A DNA stretch of 62,464 nucleotides, counting the filler, from an uncultured Ignavibacteriales bacterium (GTDB lineage Bacteria > Zixibacteria > MSB-5A5 > GN15 > JAAZOE01): NCBI GenBank assembly GCA_964611355.1. It is 10 parts of 10 records of this genome, joined end to end, with 100 filler letters (N's around TTAATTAATTAA, not from the genome) between each part and the next. Parts side by side here need not be neighbours in the genome. Positions count along the whole stretch, not along the records: positions 47,723 to 52,594 come from CAZSYD010000084.1; positions 52,695 to 57,566 come from CAZSYD010000085.1; positions 57,667 to 62,464 come from CAZSYD010000086.1; 7 more parts are not named here. One strand, written 5' to 3'. A program made the translations under genes and the position numbers. Positions within the stretch are counted from its first letter, which is position 1. Every line of letters starts with the position of its first letter. Below the pieces are notes generated by a model. It was given only the letters and a program-made list of their open reading frames with translations, was not told the origin of the DNA and did no database searches. This document shows positions 51,015 through 58,852 of the stretch, piece after piece.

Positions 51015-51870
51015 TCGGTTCTCCCTGTTTTTTGGGCGCGACGTCGGGTTCCTGCTCATCAGGCTGATCTTCATGCGAGTAAAAAGTGCCGATCACCCCG
51101 GCCCGGCCGGGAAGAGGAGTGCATATCAGGTTAATGCCGTGCTTGTCGTCGATCCGAGAGCAGATGGCTTTCTGCTGTGTCAGAGCTTCCTTCATCGGGG
51201 TTTCGATTTTTCCATCAGTAGAGTCTTTAAAACCCTGACCGAGGCTGAGCCCGGCGGCAGGGATAAAATGTCTTAACGACTCATTCATGTATGCCACGAT
51301 GAATTCGTTATCCAGGCCGAGGACGCCCACCGGAAGCAGATTCATTATGCTGTGGGCCATGGTAAGGGCTCGGTTTTTCATCTCCAGGTCGCGAGTGCGC
51401 TCGACCACCTTATCCTCCAGAGACTTCGTCAGTTCCTCCAGCTCCCGGTTTTGGTTTTGCAGTTCGGTATATAATCTGGCGTTTTCCGTCTGAAGCTGAT
51501 ATTGCTCAAACGCCCTAATGATTGTAGTCATTATTTCCTGGTCATTCCAGGGTTTGGCAATAAACTTGTAAATGTGCCCTTCGTTGATGGCCTCAACGAC
51601 GGCAGCCACGTCGGCGTATCCGCTCAAAATCATCCTGATTGTATCAGGGTATTTTCCCTTGACTTCATTCAGAAACTCCACGCCTGCCATCCCCGGCATG
51701 CGGTAATCCGAAATTACAACTTGAATTTCGTTCTCAGCCAGTATCTTAAGGCCTTTCTCGCCGCTTTCCGCCGTGAGAATACGGTAATCGGTGTCAATCA
51801 GAAGCCGTTTAAGCGACTTGAGAACGTTTGGTTCGTCATCAACAATCAACAAGGTGTGTTGACTATGCAT
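51004..51870 (-). CDS. Response regulator with coiled coil and PAS-like domain
   Basis: IVDDE, ISDYRMP and KPW motifs; C-terminal LPVGVLGLD....AYMN. Confidence 0.85.
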   Translation of the reverse strand: MHSQHTLLIVDDEPNVLKSLKRLLIDTDYRILTAESGEKGLKILAENEIQVVISDYRMPGMAGVEFLNEVKGKYPDTIRMILSGYADVAAVVEAINEGHIYKFIAKPWNDQEIMTTIIRAFEQYQLQTENARLYTELQNQNRELEELTKSLEDKVVERTRDLEMKNRALTMAHSIMNLLPVGVLGLDNEFIVAYMNESLRHFIPAAGLSLGQGFKDSTDGKIETPMKEALTQQKAICSRIDDKHGINLICTPLPGRAGVIGTFYSHEDQPDEQEPDVAPKKQGEPIAE

Positions 51871-52594
51871 ATTGCTTCTCCAAAATCCCCTCCAGCGGGA
51901 GAGATACCATAAACTCCGTTCCGACCCCGACTTCGCTGTTGACATCGATGTTTCCGCCATGTTTTCGGATTATATCATAAACCAGGCTCAGTCCCAGACC
52001 GGTGCCTTTGCCAACTTCCTTGGTAGTAAAGAACGGTTCGAAAATCTTTTTCAGATTCTCGTCAGAAATACCGCAGCCGGTATCCTTTATGGAGATAAAG
52101 ATGTTTTTCTCGTCGGCCCGGGTCTTTATACTTATGGTTCCGGATTCTTTGATGGCCTGCCCGGCGTTCAATAGAAGATTCATAAACACCTGGTTAATCT
52201 GGTTGGGGATACAATAGATTTCGGGCAATTCCCCAAAATCTTTCTCCACCTTACACTTGTATTTAAGTTCATTCCAGACGATATTCAGGGTGCTTTCCAA
52301 TCCCTCGTTAATGTTAGCGTACTCCTCCTGCGCCCGATCGACTCGGGAGAAACTTTTCAGATTGGCCACGATTTTCTTTACGCGATCGACTCCCTCCAGA
52401 GATTCTTCAATGGCGTCGCCGAAATCAATCGTCATCTCACTTATACTCTGGCGATCATCTTCATTTCGACCTTCGATTCCATCAATATATGTCCGTATCC
52501 TTTTCAGGTACTTGTCCATGGTGTTGAGATTGGAATTGATAAATCCCATCGGGTTGTTGATTTCATGAGCCACTCCCGCCGCCAGTGTGCCGAT
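51863..52594 (-). CDS. Sensor histidine kinase, C-terminal part (5' truncated)
   Basis: [15 protein letters not shown]-box, N-box, [22 protein letters not shown]. Confidence 0.93.
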   Translation of the reverse strand: MGTLAAGVAHEINNPMGFINSNLNTMDKYLKRIRTYIDGIEGRNEDDRQSISEMTIDFGDAIEESLEGVDRVKKIVANLKSFSRVDRAQEEYANINEGLESTLNIVWNELKYKCKVEKDFGELPEIYCIPNQINQVFMNLLLNAGQAIKESGTISIKTRADEKNIFISIKDTGCGISDENLKKIFEPFFTTKEVGKGTGLGLSLVYDIIRKHGGNIDVNSEVGVGTEFMVSLPLEGILEKQYA

Positions 52595-52694
52595 NNNNNN
52601 NNNNNNNNNNNNNNNNNNNNNNNNNNNNNNNNNNNNNNTTAATTAATTAANNNNNNNNNNNNNNNNNNNNNNNNNNNNNNNNNNNNNNNNNNNN
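52595..52694. other. Artificial contig spacer
   Basis: N-TTAATTAATTAA-N, 100 nt. Confidence 0.97.
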
Positions 52695-54301
52695 TCATCC
52701 TGTAACCGGGTTGATCCCCGCGCCATGAATTTGCAACTGCCCGTCAGCCGGTAATCTTCCGGCGTTACAAGCATCGAATAAACCCCATATTCGCCGTGAT
52801 GCTTGAATCGATCAGAGCGCGTCATATAAAGTTGGTTGAACAGGAAATTCATCTGATAGATTTTTTCGAGACAGGATTCTTCCAGCTTCTTTACGACCGA
52901 ACCAAACCGTATAGCCGAACCTTCGGATACCTGTCCAGCTTCTCTGGCCGATCTCCGGCCGGCGGCATAACGACCCATATCGTTTTCGTTGACGCCCATA
53001 ACGTCTTCCATTGTTTTTATTTGGAGAGCCATTTCTGCCATTGGGGAAGTCGGCGGGGCCGCACCAATCGGTACGGAATGAATTAGGTCAGCGGCTTTTC
53101 TTGGGTCTTCCGTCGGCTTTATGAATAACTTGCCAGAAGATACAATTATTTTGGCGTCTTCTTTACCAACCAGACCACCATCAACGACTGTCGGCGGTTT
53201 TAATGCCTTGTTCCAGTAATCGCGCCGGTCGCTGGTATCTGCGTTGATGTCCAGTTGCGGTCGCTCTGCACGCTGGGCTAAGCCGATGCCCTTAAACTTG
53301 GCTTCCTTTTCGTGGTATTTCCAGATTTGGATAGGCCATCCGAAAGAATCTTGCCGGCTGATTATAATGCCGCCGACCGACCTGATTATATGATGCTCGG
53401 TGATACATTGGATTACTTTGACTCTCGTACGGCGGACGATGTTTGTGGTGGAAGAATCGGAATCGGCCTTTCCAATCGCATTCTTGGCCGCCCCTGCTTT
53501 GACAAGCTTTTCAACTTCATCCAGGTTGTAATACCGGCCATAAGGTCTTTCGTCCGTCCGCTCCTGATCTTTCATCTTCCCGAACGGCTCCCACCAGTAA
53601 TGGAAAAAGTATTCGCTGTCGTCTAATCCATGAATCGAATCAGGGTCGTGGAAACACATCTTGTAAGGGATATACTGGACCTCAAAACGGTCAATCTTAT
53701 CGGGAACCCATTGCATTCGGGTATTTACGCGGCGCCGGGGTTGGTTGATCCGGCCAAGCCCCATAACCTCAATAAGTTCTTCCCGTTTGGGGATATAGCC
53801 GGCTCTCAGGTGCCAGAATCCTATCGTGGTGGCGTAATCAAAGCAACAACACCCAAGGGCGGCCCGGAATATGGTATGCTTGAAACTGCTTTGCCGGTGG
53901 GTATTCATCATGTGAGGCACTATTTTTGTGCTTACGGCGATCTCATCCATCGGGTCGCCGGCTTCACCGGAGATGTATTCGGGGCCGTAGAAAAAGCCGT
54001 TCCAGATATTGGCGACGGCGGTATCTACCAGGGCGGCAACAACGGGGAGGTAACTATTGGCATAAAGCCTTTCATCTTCTTCGAGTTTGTCCCTGCCTTC
54101 GTCAATCCTGGTATCGGGCGGGTCAAGGGCCGCATAGATATTTTTGTACCGCTCGTTGCGCGCGATGTCATCAAGTTTATTCGATCTTGCGTATTTGTAA
54201 TTGAGGCTGATATATTCGGCGGCCTCTTCGTCGGTCATGTTTTGGAGCGGCTTTGTAATGTTGTAGAATTTTTCACCGCGTTTAGTGGATTCCCCGGGCA
54301 A
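52695..54301 (-). CDS. Putative phage portal protein (3' truncated)
   Basis: More than 530 aa, directly after TerL; GIG...P.L.IN and RRSAREA (TAxE-like) motifs; AGGAGG + TTG start. Confidence 0.65.
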
Positions 54302-55916
54302 GGTTGGGCCTCCTTCTTGAATTGCCGACGGTTCGATAACCGATTATTCTGGCCGTGTGCCTCTGGCGGATAGGGATCACGGTCGGTATCCGCTCTTCAC
54401 GGTCGCCGGTCAATTCCTTAATGTCGAACATATTGGAAAAGCCGTAGCGGGTCATGTCGCCACCGTGATCGTATTCACCGTCCTTTTCCGGGATTTCATC
54501 GCCTTGACCAATTGGCTTGTCCGGGTAATGCCAGCCGCCTTCGTAGCAACTGATGAGATAAGGGCAACGGGGGTGGACCAGCACCCCGGGATCTCCGTCG
54601 GGCGAAGAGCGGGCAAAAATATCCTCAACGAAACGGGAAGATTCGGCAATCCCGAATTTTCGGGTATATACCTTTAATCCTCTGGATTGCAGAATCTTAA
54701 TGTCGGTATTGAGTGAGGCATTGGCCGTCGTCGCGGTCGTCTTATGCCCGGAAGGGTCGGGGTAGCAGCAAAAATTACCGTAGCGCCAGGCTTCAGGGAA
54801 ATACTGTTTCAGAATATCAACAATCGCNNNNNNNNNNNNNNNNNNNNNNNNNNNNNNNNNNNNNNNNNNNNNNNNNNNNNNNNNNNNNNNNNNNNNNNNN
54901 NNNNNNNNNNNNNNNNNNNNNNNNNNNTCGTACCTAATCTCCATTTCCCTTTCCCATTTGGGCTTGGAGTATCTCTTTCTTTCAGTATTACGCCACGCCT
55001 CGCCTTCTACCGTGCCGGGTCGCTTCGTTGGGTCGGCAGAATAATGGAAGCGCATGCACGGGGTAACCTCACCATCAAGTTCCATAACCCAGTAGCGCAT
55101 CCCGGGTACGCAGGCACATAGAACCTCAAGTGGGATGGCATCAAATTCGGATTTCGGCATTCGGAGAAGTTGTTCTTCGGTAAATCGTTTTTGCGTTATG
55201 TCATAGGAATCGATCAGCCTTTTGCCCCGCTGGCGGCCGGTATTTTTGTCTATTCCGTAAAGTTTCCGCCAGTTGAAAACTCGGCCGTAAGAGCTCGCGG
55301 GCGCCATGTATTTCCCGCCACCTCCTATCGTTGGCATGGCGCACGCATGGGCATTTTCTGCCTCTGTCTGTTTTGAAATCTCATCTGCAAAGACAAGAGA
55401 AAACGTATAGGAAGTAAAAATTTCGCCGCCCTGAGCGACCGCCTGAATTATCGAATTGTTGGTAGGAATTTCGAGATAGCTGTCTGTCCCGGGACGACCC
55501 TTTGACCACGTTGGTTCTGGAATATCGGGGAAGTTGCTGTTATACAGATGGGTATATATAAACTGAGCCCGGGCAACCAGCGCTTGAGCCGTCTCATCTT
55601 TTGTTGATTGAAAGGCTACCCTGCGATTTTTCTTGAAAAGGATGTCGTGGAGGCAGAAGGCAACGAAAAACCAAGTTACCATAACTTGGCGGCTCTTCTC
55701 TAAAAATAGAACCGAATTTTCCTCAACTGCCCGGTATAATATCCGATAGCATACTTTGTCTGAAGGGAATGGTTTCGATTCGACGGTTGGGTCGTGCTCA
55801 TCGTGGGTGCGGACAAAGTAGCGGAGAAACGTCCAAAAGTCTTTCTTCGCCACCGCGGCCAGCTTCAAAAGCATCACAGCCTTTTTTTCTGATTCTGTCA
55901 GGCTGCGCTCTGACAT
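54282..55916 (-). CDS. Phage terminase large subunit (contains a 100-N gap at 54828-54927)
   Basis: LEKSRQ...TW Walker A variant, VFADE Walker B, nuclease DPSG and D..YDH..D..RY motifs. Confidence 0.8.
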   Translation of the reverse strand: MSERSLTESEKKAVMLLKLAAVAKKDFWTFLRYFVRTHDEHDPTVESKPFPSDKVCYRILYRAVEENSVLFLEKSRQVMVTWFFVAFCLHDILFKKNRRVAFQSTKDETAQALVARAQFIYTHLYNSNFPDIPEPTWSKGRPGTDSYLEIPTNNSIIQAVAQGGEIFTSYTFSLVFADEISKQTEAENAHACAMPTIGGGGKYMAPASSYGRVFNWRKLYGIDKNTGRQRGKRLIDSYDITQKRFTEEQLLRMPKSEFDAIPLEVLCACVPGMRYWVMELDGEVTPCMRFHYSADPTKRPGTVEGEAWRNTERKRYSKPKWEREMEIRYXXXXXXXXXXXXXXXXXXXXXXXXXXXXXXXXXXAIVDILKQYFPEAWRYGNFCCYPDPSGHKTTATTANASLNTDIKILQSRGLKVYTRKFGIAESSRFVEDIFARSSPDGDPGVLVHPRCPYLISCYEGGWHYPDKPIGQGDEIPEKDGEYDHGGDMTRYGFSNMFDIKELTGDREERIPTVIPIRQRHTARIIGYRTVGNSRRRPNLARGIH

Positions 55917-56554
55917 GATTCGTCCTCTTCGATAATTTCAACTTTGGCGTCAACCGCGGTTGATTCGATTTGCCGAATTTCCCTCTCAAGAACCTCAAGG
56001 GGAATCGACTCAACGATTTGCTGGAACTTGCTTATCTTGTAATCGTATTCAACCTTACCGCTGTGTTTTATCTCTTTGGCGGGGAAGTATGAGCCCGTCT
56101 GGAGGGCCAATTTCAGGAAGTGAGCCCGGGTCGAATGATCCGGGACTTCGGTTATCTCAATGGTTTCGCCGATTATTTTGCCGGAAACGTCTCTTTTGAG
56201 CTTTTTGATAATAACAGGTTTCGTCGCCGAAAGCCCCTCGGCGAAGACCCGGCCCAGGTCGCACTCGAAAATACCGGCTTCTTCGAGAGTCTTTCCCATC
56301 TTGCCGGTGATATTACGCTTCACGCCCGACATCTTGTTTTTAGGGCCGACGCTGTATCCTGCGCCCCGGCACTGATCTTCAAATGTCTTTTCGGGGTGGG
56401 AAACCATTTCGACGGCGAGATTCTTCTGCCGCTCGCTCATCTTCGCAAGGGAACCGCTTTCCTTTAGGACAACTTCAGCTTGTTTCCGGCGCTCACTGCT
56501 GCGAATATCATCCGGGGTTAGAACGCTGTTATAATTTTTCTTTCTTCCGGCCAT
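55898..56554 (-). CDS. Putative terminase small subunit
   Basis: Overlaps the TerL start; HTH-like ...AGYS segment and PD..TR...L motif. Confidence 0.5.
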   Translation of the reverse strand: MAGRKKNYNSVLTPDDIRSSERRKQAEVVLKESGSLAKMSERQKNLAVEMVSHPEKTFEDQCRGAGYSVGPKNKMSGVKRNITGKMGKTLEEAGIFECDLGRVFAEGLSATKPVIIKKLKRDVSGKIIGETIEITEVPDHSTRAHFLKLALQTGSYFPAKEIKHSGKVEYDYKISKFQQIVESIPLEVLEREIRQIESTAVDAKVEIIEEDESCQSAA

Positions 56555-56724
56555 AGAAGAACCGCCCTGTTTCTTGGTTCTACCGAAGGGAATAGAAGAA
56601 AGACTTAAAGTGTCAAGTTAAATCTTTAATATAAGTGTCTGAAAGATATGCGGTTTCGTAGCGGAATAATTATAGGTTTTATATGGACAAAGCAGTAGCG
56701 GAATTTCGTAGCGGAAAAAATAAT

Positions 56725-57129
56725 TCAGATCAGGCCGATTTTTTTATAGAATTCCCCGAATGACCGCCGCCGATTTGAGGAATCCCATTCAACCGTTCCC
56801 AATTTTGTATATCCGTTCCGAAAAAGAATTCGGCCAATATATTCAAACTGAGCAACTGATTTTACCGGCGTTACCCAGTGTTTCTTGAACTGCTGATCGA
56901 CCGGGACGATCATCCTGACGAAGCTGACCTTACGCTTTTTGGGTTGTTTGCCTTCCTGGATTGGCCAGACGGCATTTATCCAGATATAGACATGGTGTTT
57001 GAGTTGCAGCCCGCCGGCGCCGTAATTGATTTCAAGGATGGGTGATTTAAGCTGGAATACAGCTCCGGGCCGAATCGGGTAAAGCGATTTCCCTGGCAGC
57101 CGAGAATACTTTTGACTCGAGGCAGGCAA
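56725..57129 (-). CDS. Hypothetical phage protein
   Basis: Co-oriented ORF in the phage contig. Confidence 0.5.
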   Translation of the reverse strand: MPASSQKYSRLPGKSLYPIRPGAVFQLKSPILEINYGAGGLQLKHHVYIWINAVWPIQEGKQPKKRKVSFVRMIVPVDQQFKKHWVTPVKSVAQFEYIGRILFRNGYTKLGTVEWDSSNRRRSFGEFYKKIGLI

Positions 57130-57134
57130 AACCC

Positions 57135-57416
57135 CTACGAAACATCCCTGCGAAACATGCCGCCTTTTTTGGGCTCAGGCTTCGGTGGAATAGGTTTTTC
57201 AGCGTCAGGGCGCTTTTCGGATTTTAACCTTTCAGGCTTGTCCCCCTGTTCTTCGTGCACAATTATTGGGCATGCTTTCAGAATTTCGAGGATGGCCGTT
57301 TTGGTTGATGGTCTCATCTCATAAAAAACACCATCAACTTCCATTTCAAAATTTCCTACTCTCATCAAATCCTCCGGTTTGTAAAAAGGGGGCGGATCGT
57401 ATCTCCCGGCACCCAT
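57135..57416 (-). CDS. Hypothetical phage protein
   Basis: Co-oriented ORF with minus-strand TTGACA boxes upstream. Confidence 0.5.
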   Translation of the reverse strand: MGAGRYDPPPFYKPEDLMRVGNFEMEVDGVFYEMRPSTKTAILEILKACPIIVHEEQGDKPERLKSEKRPDAEKPIPPKPEPKKGGMFRRDVS

Positions 57417-57566
57417 ATTGTATCCCAGTTATTCACTTGTTAAACGCATTTGTCAAGCACTAAATATGTGCAGGGCTATAAACCTTTGTCAACCAGCCAA
57501 ATAAAATTGTATAGGTCTATTATAATATTCGTCCTATCTTTTTGTATGCAATATATTGCAAATAAT

Positions 57567-57666
57567 NNNNNNNNNNNNNNNNNNNNNNNNNNNNNNNNNN
57601 NNNNNNNNNNTTAATTAATTAANNNNNNNNNNNNNNNNNNNNNNNNNNNNNNNNNNNNNNNNNNNN
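57567..57666. other. Artificial contig spacer
   Basis: N-TTAATTAATTAA-N, 100 nt. Confidence 0.97.
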
Positions 57667-57904
57667 AGTATCCTTTGGCAAGCCGTGAGCGACCAGTCTT
57701 GCGATTTTACTTTCCCTGCCCCTGTCCTACCGCCTTTATTATTTTTTCTCTGCTGCTTTCCTCGGAAATGAGATTTTCCAGATACTCCTTGAACTCCTCC
57801 GGATTCGCGGGAAGTATCCGGTTTATAGTCAAGTCATATTTTTTAATCGACCGAGCCGCCTAATACCTTTCGTATTAGAACCGGGCAACGCCAGGAATCC
57901 GTAT

Positions 57905-58819
57905 CTACTTCTTCTCGGCACCCTTTAATTGCTGGATTTGAAGCTCAATAACAGCGACAGTACGCGTCAAGGGACCAAATTCGTCGTTTTTCATAATGGG
58001 GAGCACAGCCTGCAACCGTTTTAAGTCATAGTCTGCAACTATAGCCAGCCTGGATTGAACGAACTTTAACAAAATGGTTTTACCGTAACCCGACATCGTA
58101 GCCCGGGTTTCTGGATTAGACAATTTGGTAATTACTGCCTTGACCGCGTCTGTTCCATACGATTGCAGTACTCTCATCAAGTCATATTCGCGTGAAGATA
58201 AAATCTCTGCCTGTTTAAGCGTGCCTACAATATTACTAATGGCTTTATCCTTCGTCATTTTACCATATTCGAGCAGCATTTTCTGGTAATCGGTTAAATC
58301 CAATTCCACAGTATTCGGCTCCGATATCAGCCCTTGCCGCAATGATCGGACTTCATTGATGGCGAGTATCGAGCTTATCATGCCCCTCACATACATAAAA
58401 GGTTTCATATCACTATCGACATCCCTTAATTCATCACCGCTCAGTGATCCGGATAGGCAGCTTCGTAAGGCCAAGTACTTTGCGGCTTCAGAGGACAACT
58501 CTTGCCCTACAAGCTCGGCAAAGGCTTTATTATAGGGCCTTTTATTGAGCAAAGAGACCCGGGACAGGTCTGGGGCCAATTCCTGTAGCCGATGGACAGC
58601 GACCACTCTTATGGCCTGTTGCACAAGAATGTCTTTTGTACTGAGCAAGGCCGCTTTTACATCCGCGATTTGATCTTCACTTAACCGCTCCAACCAAACC
58701 ATGTCATTGAGGCGAATGGACTGCTGTGTTTCCTGCTCGGTCAGAGCCTCAACATTTGCCAGTGCGCTTTCTGAAAGAATGATGATGAATAGCACCGTCA
58801 ACGTTCTTTTTATAAACAT
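57905..58819 (-). CDS. Secreted alpha-helical hypothetical protein
   Basis: Signal peptide (..ALA-N), AAGGAG RBS, 33 nt after the upstream gene. Confidence 0.75.
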   Translation of the reverse strand: MFIKRTLTVLFIIILSESALANVEALTEQETQQSIRLNDMVWLERLSEDQIADVKAALLSTKDILVQQAIRVVAVHRLQELAPDLSRVSLLNKRPYNKAFAELVGQELSSEAAKYLALRSCLSGSLSGDELRDVDSDMKPFMYVRGMISSILAINEVRSLRQGLISEPNTVELDLTDYQKMLLEYGKMTKDKAISNIVGTLKQAEILSSREYDLMRVLQSYGTDAVKAVITKLSNPETRATMSGYGKTILLKFVQSRLAIVADYDLKRLQAVLPIMKNDEFGPLTRTVAVIELQIQQLKGAEKK

Positions 58820-58852
58820 TTCATTCTCCTTTACTTCTCATCTATTGATATA

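Larger units (their letters stand above)
52695..57566 (-). mobile_element. Phage/prophage fragment: DNA packaging module occupying a whole contig
   Basis: Co-oriented overlapping ORFs in TerS-TerL-portal order; no host genes on the contig. Confidence 0.75.

Noticed and set aside
54828..54927. Possible intron or frameshift in TerL
   Set aside because: It is a 100-N scaffold gap, so true length and frame are unknown.
8842..57666. Nine TTAATTAATTAA motifs flanked by N runs
   Set aside because: Artificial six-frame-stop linkers; not biological, and no synteny can be inferred across them.
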